A DNA stretch of 64,000 nt, from the NCBI GenBank assembly GCA_035632415.1, contig DASQGW010000132.1, positions 2,563 through 66,562 on the forward strand, in the 5' to 3' direction. The stretch is from Burkholderiales bacterium. GTDB taxonomy: Bacteria > Pseudomonadota > Gammaproteobacteria > Burkholderiales > SG8-39. Each line of letters starts with the position of its first letter. Position 1 is the stretch's first letter. Below the pieces are notes generated by a model. It ran no database searches. It was given only the letters and a program-made list of their open reading frames with translations, and was not told where the DNA came from. Below are positions 26,732-34,246 of the stretch, in pieces. The translations under genes were made by a program, and so were the position numbers.

Positions 26732-28186
26732 TCAGGCGAGGGTGTAGGCGGTTTTTACGGTCGTGTAGAACTCCGCCGCATAGCGCCCCTGCTCGCGCGG
26801 GCCGTAGCTCGAGCCTTTGCGGCCGCCGAAAGGCACGTGGTAGTCGACGCCCGCGGTGGGGAGGTTCACCATCACCATGCCCGCTTGCGCGTGGCGCTTG
26901 TAATGGGTCGCGTGCTTGAGCGATGTCGTGCAGATCCCGGATGAAAGGCCCATCTCGGTGTCGTTCGCCCAGGCGAGTGCTTCCTCGTAGTCCTTGGCCC
27001 GCAAGACGCTTACGACGGGACCAAAAATCTCTTCCCGGTTGATGCGCATGCCGGGCGCCGTGTCGGTGAAGAGCGCGGGCGTCATGAAGTAGCCGGGCTG
27101 GCCGTCCGTATTCCGCTCCACACGGTTCCCTCCATAGGCGAGGCGGCCGCCTTCTTTTTGACCAATGGAAAGATAGTCCAGGTTCTGGGCAAGCTGGCGC
27201 TCGTCGACCACCGGGCCGATGTCGGTGCCTTTCTTGCGCGCGTCGTCGACCTTCAGGGTCTTGAGTTTTTCGATCACCGCGGCGACGAAGCGGTCATGGA
27301 TCCCCTGCGTGGCGATGACTTTCGACGAGGCGGTGCAACGCTGGCCGGTAGAGAAGAACCCGCCCTGCACCGCGCAGTTCACCGCGGTGGGAAGATCGGC
27401 GTCGTCCAGTACCACCAACGGGTTCTTGCCGCCCATCTCCAGCTGGAATTTCTTCATGCCGGTCACGGCCGCCTGGGCCACCTTCCGACCGATCGCCTGC
27501 GAGCCGGTGAAGCTGATCGCCGCGATGCGCGCATCGCCGAGCACCGTATCGCCGATCTCGGAGCTCTTGCCCATCACCAGGTTGAAGACGCCGGCCGGAA
27601 GCCCGGCGCGGCTGATGATCTCGGTCAGCGCCCAGGCGCTGCCGGGCACGAGCTCGGCGGGCTTGAACACGACCGCATTGCCGTAGCAGAGCGCGGGCGC
27701 AATCTTCCACGCCGGGATCGCGATGGGGAAGTTCCAGGGCGTGACGATCGACACGACGCCGAGCGGCTCGCGCGTGATCTCCACGCCGACGCCCGGGCGC
27801 ACCGACTGGACGATCTCGCCCGGGATGCGCAGCGCTTCGCCGGCGAAGAACTTGAAGATGTACCCGGCGCGCACGACCTCGCCGACCGCTTCCGGCAGCG
27901 TCTTGCCCTCCTCGCGCGCGAGGAGGTCTCCCAGTTCTGCCTTGCGGGCGAGGATCTCGGTGCCGATCGTATCCAGCGCATCGAAGCGCTGCTGCGGCGT
28001 GCTGAGCGACCAGGCTGGAAAGGCCGCGTGAGCCGCGCCGATCGCATCCTTTGCCTGCCTTTCCGTAGCGCGGGCGTACTTGCCGATGACATCGCGCGTA
28101 TCCGAAGGGTTGGTGTTGGCGTATTCGCCCGAGCCCTCCGCCCAGGCGCCGTTGATGAAATTGCCGAAGGTCTTGGGTCTGTCCAT
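26732..28186 (-). CDS. aldehyde dehydrogenase family protein
   Basis: Contains FTGSQAIGRKV, ELGGKNP and the catalytic-Cys context FFSTGQRCTASS. Starts MDRPKTFGNFINGAW. Confidence 0.9.
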   Translation of the reverse strand: MDRPKTFGNFINGAWAEGSGEYANTNPSDTRDVIGKYARATERQAKDAIGAAHAAFPAWSLSTPQQRFDALDTIGTEILARKAELGDLLAREEGKTLPEAVGEVVRAGYIFKFFAGEALRIPGEIVQSVRPGVGVEITREPLGVVSIVTPWNFPIAIPAWKIAPALCYGNAVVFKPAELVPGSAWALTEIISRAGLPAGVFNLVMGKSSEIGDTVLGDARIAAISFTGSQAIGRKVAQAAVTGMKKFQLEMGGKNPLVVLDDADLPTAVNCAVQGGFFSTGQRCTASSKVIATQGIHDRFVAAVIEKLKTLKVDDARKKGTDIGPVVDERQLAQNLDYLSIGQKEGGRLAYGGNRVERNTDGQPGYFMTPALFTDTAPGMRINREEIFGPVVSVLRAKDYEEALAWANDTEMGLSSGICTTSLKHATHYKRHAQAGMVMVNLPTAGVDYHVPFGGRKGSSYGPREQGRYAAEFYTTVKTAYTLA

Positions 28187-28254
28187 GGCTCTCCTCGCGC
28201 ACGGCATGATAGCCGCGCAGGAACCGGCCTTGCTTGCGCGCTGTCAACGCTGAT

Positions 28255-28578
28255 ATGCGAGCGATTGCTTCCCTTTTCTTCCTCGTTGCCGCGACCGCCT
28301 TCGCGCAGGACGAGCCCGTGGTGAGCCCGATCCCGGCCAAGGACATGAAGCCCGGCTATGGCGTAGTGGCTAGCGTGACCGATGTGCAGGTGCTGACGCC
28401 GGAGCGCTCGGCTGCCGCCGGTGGATCGGCGCGGGGCGAGAGGACCTTCCAGCCCATGTACCGGATCGGCATACGCATGCCCGACGGAGCCATGCAGTAC
28501 CGTGACCTCGACAAGCCGGAGTTCAAAGTCGGCGACAATGTGCTCCTGACCAACGCCGGCGACATCCTTCCCGATTAG
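28255..28578 (+). CDS. small secreted protein, 'IRMxDG-QY' family (paralog 1 of 3)
   Basis: Signal peptide MRAIASLFFLVAATAFAQ. C-terminal motif YRIGIRMPDGAMQYRDLD...VGDNVLLTN is shared with 29830..30234 and 42947..43384. Confidence 0.6.
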   Translation: MRAIASLFFLVAATAFAQDEPVVSPIPAKDMKPGYGVVASVTDVQVLTPERSAAAGGSARGERTFQPMYRIGIRMPDGAMQYRDLDKPEFKVGDNVLLTNAGDILPD

Positions 28579-28618
28579 CTTCGTCTACGTCTCCAACGCC
28601 GAGGACGGCACCCTCGGC

Positions 28619-29602
28619 ATGTATCGTCTGCTCGCCGACGGCGCGCTCGACCACCTCGCGTACCTGACGGTCGAGAAGACGGTGATGCCCATGACCGTGA
28701 GCCCGGACAAGCGCTGGCTCATCGTCGCGACGCGCGCAAAGCCCTGCAAGGCGTTCACTTTCCAGATCGCGAACGCCGAGCTACGGTGGCTCGGCAACGG
28801 TCCGCTCGCCGAAAGCTGCCCGTACATCACTTTCGACCGCAGCGGACGCTGGCTCCTCTCGGCGTCCTATCACGCGGGACTCGTCAGCGTGAATCCCGTC
28901 GGCGCCGACGGTGTGGTCGGCGAGCCGATGCAGGTAGTGCCGACTGCGCGCAACGCGCACGCGATCCAGACCGACCGCACGAACCACTACGTCTTCGTGC
29001 CGCACCTCGGCACGGACCAGGTGTTCCAATTCCGCTTCGACGCGAAGAGCGGAAGGCTCGAGCCGAATTCGCCGCCGTGGGTGCAGCTCAAGGCGGGATC
29101 CGGACCGCGCCATCTGGTCGTCAGCAAGGACAACCGGTTCGTGTACGTGCTGTGCGAGCTCACGGCGACGGTCTCAGCACTTGCGCACAAGGATGGCATG
29201 CTGACGGAAGTGAGCAGCGTGTCGGCGCTGCCGCCCGAGAGCAGGCTTAGGCCGGGCACGGCGCGGCTGCCGGATGCGCCACCGCGCGATCGCAGCAGCG
29301 ACATCTGGGCGTCGGACGTGCACCTGACGCCCGACGAGCGCTTCCTGTACGCCGCCGAGCGCACGCTGAGCATGATCCATTGCTTGCGTGTGGAGGGCGG
29401 CAAGCTCGCTCACGTCGGCAGCACGCCGACGGAGAAGCAGCCGCGCGGCTTCGCCATCGATCCGGGCGGGCGCTACATGGTCGTCTCGGGCGAGCAGTCG
29501 AGCACCCTCTCTTCGTATGCGATCGAGGGCGGCGGCAGCCTGCGCCTGGTCGGCCGCTACGCGGGAGGCAAAGGCGCGAACTGGGTGGAGATCGTGGCCT
29601 AG
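28619..29602 (+). CDS. 6-phosphogluconolactonase-like 7-bladed beta-propeller lactonase
   Basis: Similar to E. coli Pgl/YbhE throughout (e.g. ...SPDKRWL..., PRHLV, ...HLTPDERFLYAAERT..., PRGFAIDPGG). Homology continues upstream to SFVYVSNAEDGTLG, where the only start-like codon is ATT at 28574. The ATG at 28619 is the first canonical start. Confidence 0.8.
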   Translation: MYRLLADGALDHLAYLTVEKTVMPMTVSPDKRWLIVATRAKPCKAFTFQIANAELRWLGNGPLAESCPYITFDRSGRWLLSASYHAGLVSVNPVGADGVVGEPMQVVPTARNAHAIQTDRTNHYVFVPHLGTDQVFQFRFDAKSGRLEPNSPPWVQLKAGSGPRHLVVSKDNRFVYVLCELTATVSALAHKDGMLTEVSSVSALPPESRLRPGTARLPDAPPRDRSSDIWASDVHLTPDERFLYAAERTLSMIHCLRVEGGKLAHVGSTPTEKQPRGFAIDPGGRYMVVSGEQSSTLSSYAIEGGGSLRLVGRYAGGKGANWVEIVA

Positions 29603-29763
29603 CGGAAACCTTCGGTCGCGCGCGAAACGCTCGCGTGCACGATCAACGCGGTCGCACCGAGGAAGGCCAGCAAGCCGAGCGGCCCGCGCCGGAACGCCGA
29701 CAAGAGCAGCAGGCCGGTCCCGGCGAGAGCCTCGATTTGGGTGGGTCTCATGCCGCGCGACAT
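29599..29763 (-). CDS. possible 54-aa membrane protein
   Basis: My own translation gives MSRGMRPTQIEALAGTGLLLLSAFRRGPLGLLAFLGATALIVHASVSRATEGFR. It has two hydrophobic segments and is below the ORF-track size cutoff. Speculative. Confidence 0.3.
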   Translation of the reverse strand: MSRGMRPTQIEALAGTGLLLLSAFRRGPLGLLAFLGATALIVHASVSRATEGFR

Positions 29764-29829
29764 GCAATCGGCGTGCGCGGAGCAAATCTTGCTGGGCCTC
29801 TCCTGCTTTCACCTCTTTGGAGAACGCCG

Positions 29830-30234
29830 ATGAAACGACTCGCCCTTCCGCTTTCTTTCGCCGCGCTCGCCCTCGCCGCCTGCGCCGAGCCCGCCGTTCA
29901 GCCGGCCATGGCGCCGAGCGCCCCGATCGCGCCGCGGCAGCTCTCCTATGCGCCGGGCTACGGGCGCGTCGAGTCCGTGCTCTTGCAGGAGACGCAGTCT
30001 TCGGTGAGCGGCGGCACGGCGACCGGCGCTTCAGGCCATCCCGCGGGCACTTCCGCCACCGACCGTCCCGAGCCGCCGGTCGGCGTGCCTTCGAGCTCGG
30101 CGGGCCGCGGCGTGCGCCTCGGCATCCGCATGGACGACGGCACGATGCAATACATCGAGACCGATTCCGACCAGTATCCGAAGGGCACGCGGGTGCTGCT
30201 CACCTCGGATCACGTCATCCAGAAGGTGCAGTGA
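29830..30234 (+). CDS. small lipoprotein, 'IRMxDG-QY' family (paralog 2 of 3)
   Basis: MKRLALPLSFAALALAAC has a lipobox. C-terminal motif VRLGIRMDDGTMQYIETD...GTRVLLTS. Confidence 0.65.
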   Translation: MKRLALPLSFAALALAACAEPAVQPAMAPSAPIAPRQLSYAPGYGRVESVLLQETQSSVSGGTATGASGHPAGTSATDRPEPPVGVPSSSAGRGVRLGIRMDDGTMQYIETDSDQYPKGTRVLLTSDHVIQKVQ

Positions 30235-30238
30235 GCCT

Positions 30239-31222
30239 CTACTTGCCGAGCATGTAGAGCTGCCACAAATCCTTGTGGCTCATGTGGAGCATCGGCCGGA
30301 TCGCAGCCAATCCGGTCCGGCCGACGCTTTTCTCCAGATACTTCAGCTCCGCGAATTTCTCTCGCGTGGCGTCATCGACCGGCACGTCGAAGCCGCTCTC
30401 GCGCATCATCAGCACGCCCTTCGCGCGCAGCGCGAGCTCGGTGTATAGGCGAAGGTAAGCGAGGAGATCGGCCACCACCAGGCCCTGGAAGCGGTCCTTC
30501 AGCTGAGAGAGATATTTGCCCACCGGCGAATCCGAAAGGCGGCCGGAATTGATGAGCTCGAGCATCTCGGCGTCGGCATCGAAGCCGCGTCCGAGCCAGT
30601 CGCCCACCGCCGCCTCGCTGCGAGTGAACACGGCGTTCAGCAAGAGCGGCATGACGATGGCCACGCCGGCAGTGGAGAGAAAAGGCGAGAAGAGGAAATG
30701 GTTGAAGGCCGAGTGCAGCACCACGGCCGTCACGAAGCCCGGCAGGTAGGCATAGGGCCGCTCGAGCAGTGCGACGGAGGCGATCGCAAAGATCGCGGTC
30801 GCGCCGCCATGCATGATCGCGGTGCCGAAGCCGCGCACGAACCACGCCGCGAGCCCGGCTTGCGGCGCGATCGCGAGGTAATCGAGGTTCTCGACCAGCG
30901 CGAAGCCCGCGCCGACCGCGAAGCCGAAGATCGCGGCGTCGACGAGGAAGCCGATGCGGTGCGTGCGGATGAGCGCGAAGATCACTGTCGCTTTCAGCGC
31001 TTCCTCGATCACCGGGGAGACATAGCGCGTGTAGAAGGCGAAATCGAAATGCGCGAGCAGCGCGCCGTTCACGAAGTACGCGATCCCGGCGATCACCATG
31101 CCCGCGGCTACGGCGGCGACCACTGCCCGCAGGCGCACCAGCTTGTAGCTATCGAGGAGGACAAGCGCGCCCAGGAAGCAAAGCACCGGAGCGAGGCCGA
31201 GCAACGGGCGCACGAAATTCAT
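30239..31222 (-). CDS. PrsW family intramembrane metalloprotease
   Basis: Starts MNFVRPLLGLAPVL and is polytopic. Has the PrsW motifs EExxK (VIEEALKAT) and HxxxN (LHSAFNH), plus a soluble C-terminal extension of about 100 aa. Its start codon overlaps the stop of the upstream gene by 1 nt. Confidence 0.8.
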   Translation of the reverse strand: MNFVRPLLGLAPVLCFLGALVLLDSYKLVRLRAVVAAVAAGMVIAGIAYFVNGALLAHFDFAFYTRYVSPVIEEALKATVIFALIRTHRIGFLVDAAIFGFAVGAGFALVENLDYLAIAPQAGLAAWFVRGFGTAIMHGGATAIFAIASVALLERPYAYLPGFVTAVVLHSAFNHFLFSPFLSTAGVAIVMPLLLNAVFTRSEAAVGDWLGRGFDADAEMLELINSGRLSDSPVGKYLSQLKDRFQGLVVADLLAYLRLYTELALRAKGVLMMRESGFDVPVDDATREKFAELKYLEKSVGRTGLAAIRPMLHMSHKDLWQLYMLGK

Positions 31223-34191
31223 TACATGATCTTGAGCGAGACCATCCATTCGTCGCCGCTGCGCGTGGCGCCCTTGTAGCCGACGGCATAGCCCACCGAG
31301 AGCGTCATCTCGTACCAGTGCAGGACGCTGAAGCGCAGGTCCGCCTGCGCGCCGACGTTGTTGTAGCGAGTGCGGTAGGAGCTGTCGCTCGGATCGGTCC
31401 ACAGCGCCGTGGCGAAGAGCGCCGGACGCAGCCACGCCAGGTAGAACGCGGGCGTGCCGACCGACTCGAACACGACCGGCGGCAGGTTGGCCTCGAGCAT
31501 GCTGCGGGCGAAGGTGCGCCCACTCAGCTCGTTCAAGTCGAAGCCGGGCATGGAGTAGTAGTCGCGGTAGCGCTTCTCGTTGTGCGCGTCGACCCAGTTG
31601 TTGCCGAAGCCGCCGAAGAAGAAGTTCGCGTAGGGATCCGAGCGCTCGCCGTGCGCGACACCCGCGGCGTTGCGCAGCCAGATCGACGAGTGGCCGAGCG
31701 GCAGCGGCACGCCGAAGTCGAGCCCGCCGCGCAGCTGCGGGCTGAACGTGTCGTTCGCGTAGTTGCTGTAGAAGACCCCGTTCGCGACGATTCCCTTCTC
31801 GTCGTCGACCGCGCCGCGCGACTTGCGCGTATCGGTGTAATAGAGCCCGGCCTCGGCGGTGACGAGCCGCTCCGCGGTCGCCGCGACGTTCTGCGCCGCC
31901 GGCAGCGCGTCGAGGTTGTGGTAATAGGCGAGGTCGGACTTGAAGTCGAGCCGCCGCGGCTCGTCGAAGATGAGCGCCTTGTCGTAGCCGCCGTCGGTCT
32001 GGAAGCCGCGCCGGCTGCGGATCGTCGGGCCGAAGAGGTCGTAGAAGTCCGAGCGGTTGTACGCCGCCCCGGCGTGCCAGTTCAGGTACTGGTAGCGCGC
32101 ATCGACGTGCGTGCGCTCGTTCGACGGCAGGTCCTGCGATGGCGTGAACGCGGCCGTGATGCCGAGCGTGCCGAGGTCGAGCGGGTCGTCGATGAAGACG
32201 TGGTAGCCGATGCCGATCTTGCGCTTGTAGCCTTGCAGCACCGGGTACGCGCTCTCCACGCCCAGGCGCTTGAGCGGCAGGTAGGCGCCCTTGTCGATGA
32301 CGAGCTTCTGGTCGTCCACGGTCGAAGGCGCCGGCACCTGCCAGGTCTTCACCACCGGGTGCTTCTCCGCGAGCTCCGCTCCAAGGAAAGTGATCGCGCT
32401 CACGTCCTTGAGCGGCTTCGGCTCGATCATCGCCGGCACGAAGCCGTCGGCGGTGTAGTGAAGGACGATGAGCTTGCCGTCGTCGAGCGGCACGGGACGG
32501 AAATAGCCCGCCTCGGCGTTCGACACCGCCTCGACGTCGCCGCTCGCCACGTCGTAGCGGAAGATGTTCGAGACGCCGGTGTAATAGCTCGAGCCGTAGA
32601 GGGAGCGGCCGTCCTTCGAGAAGACGAAGCTCTCGGGCACCGAGGTGCCGAACTTGAATTCGCTCACCGGCTTGAATTCACCCTTCAGCACGCGCTCGAG
32701 CTCCCAGACCTTCAGGAACTGCTCGCCGCTCACTTCCGCCACGGACGCGGAGACGAGCCGGCCGTCGGGCGAGATGTCGAGGTCGTACGGGACGACGCCA
32801 TAGGGGAACGTGTAGATCTGATTCCACTCGGTGTAGGGGTACGGGATGCGCACCAGCGTCGCGAGCGCGCTCTCGTGGCGTATGCCGAGGAGCGAGCGGT
32901 CGACCGGGTTGAACACCAGCTCGCCGATGCGCGAATCGGGCAGCAGGTCCTTGACCTCGCCGGTGTCGACGTTGACCGCCATCACGTCGCGCAGCGCATG
33001 GTTGTCGTTCGAGTAGAAGAGCGTGCGGCTCGCCGGGTCCCAGGCGAGGCCGGTCACCTTGTAGAGCAGCGTGTCCTTCAGGTCGACGATACGGCGTACC
33101 TGGCCGGTCTTCGTATCGAGCGCGCCGATGTGCGCCACCACGCCCTGGTAGTCGAACGCGCCGTACAGGATGCCCTTGTCGTAGTACAGGCGCGAGCTCG
33201 AGCCGACCGCCGTCGGCACGAGCTGCCGGTACGGCGTGATCGGCTGCGTGCGCACCTGGGCGAGGTTCTTCGCCTGGAAGTCGCGCTCGAACGCGATCCA
33301 GTCGGCCCAGGCGCGCTCGAGCGGGATGCCGAACACATGCTCGAACTGGTCGGCGTAGTGGCGCTTGCTGTCCTCGTCGCGGCGCAGCCACTGGATCACC
33401 TTCTCGGGCGAATAGGCGTAGGCGAGCCAGGTGAAGAAGCGCGTGCCGTAGAGATAGGCGTTCGATCCCACCTGGAAGTCGATGCGCGTGCCGCGCGAAT
33501 CGAGGCCCAGGGGATCGTAGAAGTGCGCGTGGTCGCGCACCATGGCGCGGAACACCATCTCGTAGAAGCCGCTCTGCACCCGGCCGAGGCCGCCCGCCAT
33601 CCACGTTTCCATGAACACGGCGCTGCCTTCCGCGTACCAGCGAGGCACGGTAAAGCGCGGCACGGTGAGATAGCTGTAGAGCAGCGTCTCGGGATGAGGC
33701 TGCGTCGGGAACACCTTGCCGCCGAAGAAGCGGCGCCACTTGCGGTCGGTCTCGCTCGCGATGTCGGTCGTCGCCACGTGCGTGAGCTCGTGGTTCATGA
33801 TCGAGTACAGGCGCTCGGAGGCCGAGAAGGTCTCGAAGGCATACGAGACGGGCGCCATGTCGAAGCGCAGCGTGTTCCGCGGCAGCGGCGAGGCGCTCGC
33901 GTTGCCGTAGTCCGAGAAGTCCTTCAGGAACACGGTGACCTTCTCGTAAGGCTCCCAGCCGAGGACGCGCCGCTGGAAGGCGAGCGCGTTGGTGAAGGTA
34001 CGCACCGCGTGCGGCGCGAGATAGGAGAGCTGCGGGTCGAAGTAAACCAGCCGCAGGTCCTTCGTCTCGACGAACGAAAGGCCGAGCGGGTTCACTTCGG
34101 CACCGTGCGCCGCGCTTCCGAGCGCGAGCGCCAGCCCGATGATGAGCGAGCGAATGCTTCCCCTCCCCCAGAACGAAACCGCCGACCCCAA
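31222..34191 (-). CDS. large exported protein: HExxH metallopeptidase-like head + PD40/TolB-like beta-propeller repeats + Tyr/Gly-rich C-terminal half
   Basis: Contains IMNHELTHV followed by WYAEGSAVFMETW (Peptidase_MA-like HExxH...E). PD40-like repeats are present (DISPDGRLVSAS, FSKDGRSLYGSS, WDPASRTLFYSN). The 5' end is uncertain. TTG at 34191 is the only canonical option. An in-frame ATT at 34155 sits 6 nt after GGGGAGGGG and would give a textbook signal peptide (M)RSLIIGLALALGSAAHG/AE. The 1249-aa track ORF is an artefactual extension through the repeat array. Confidence 0.8.
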   Translation of the reverse strand: MGSAVSFWGRGSIRSLIIGLALALGSAAHGAEVNPLGLSFVETKDLRLVYFDPQLSYLAPHAVRTFTNALAFQRRVLGWEPYEKVTVFLKDFSDYGNASASPLPRNTLRFDMAPVSYAFETFSASERLYSIMNHELTHVATTDIASETDRKWRRFFGGKVFPTQPHPETLLYSYLTVPRFTVPRWYAEGSAVFMETWMAGGLGRVQSGFYEMVFRAMVRDHAHFYDPLGLDSRGTRIDFQVGSNAYLYGTRFFTWLAYAYSPEKVIQWLRRDEDSKRHYADQFEHVFGIPLERAWADWIAFERDFQAKNLAQVRTQPITPYRQLVPTAVGSSSRLYYDKGILYGAFDYQGVVAHIGALDTKTGQVRRIVDLKDTLLYKVTGLAWDPASRTLFYSNDNHALRDVMAVNVDTGEVKDLLPDSRIGELVFNPVDRSLLGIRHESALATLVRIPYPYTEWNQIYTFPYGVVPYDLDISPDGRLVSASVAEVSGEQFLKVWELERVLKGEFKPVSEFKFGTSVPESFVFSKDGRSLYGSSYYTGVSNIFRYDVASGDVEAVSNAEAGYFRPVPLDDGKLIVLHYTADGFVPAMIEPKPLKDVSAITFLGAELAEKHPVVKTWQVPAPSTVDDQKLVIDKGAYLPLKRLGVESAYPVLQGYKRKIGIGYHVFIDDPLDLGTLGITAAFTPSQDLPSNERTHVDARYQYLNWHAGAAYNRSDFYDLFGPTIRSRRGFQTDGGYDKALIFDEPRRLDFKSDLAYYHNLDALPAAQNVAATAERLVTAEAGLYYTDTRKSRGAVDDEKGIVANGVFYSNYANDTFSPQLRGGLDFGVPLPLGHSSIWLRNAAGVAHGERSDPYANFFFGGFGNNWVDAHNEKRYRDYYSMPGFDLNELSGRTFARSMLEANLPPVVFESVGTPAFYLAWLRPALFATALWTDPSDSSYRTRYNNVGAQADLRFSVLHWYEMTLSVGYAVGYKGATRSGDEWMVSLKIM

Positions 34192-34220
34192 AACGAAACC
34201 GCCGACCTTTAGGCCGGCGG
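34186..34220 (-). terminator. terminator/attenuator-like hairpin between anti-sigma gene and large exported-protein gene
   Basis: The minus strand reads ccgccggcc-taaa-ggtcggcgg followed by tttcgttttg. This is a 9-bp stem with one mismatch and a T-rich tail. Confidence 0.45.
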
Positions 34221-34246
34221 TCCTTGTTACGACTTGTCGGCGGCGC

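Noticed and set aside
31318-34212. 964-aa plus-strand ORF
   Set aside because: It is antisense to the giant HExxH/propeller protein gene. Its composition is extremely Arg/Val/Glu/Ala-rich and it has no recognisable motifs.
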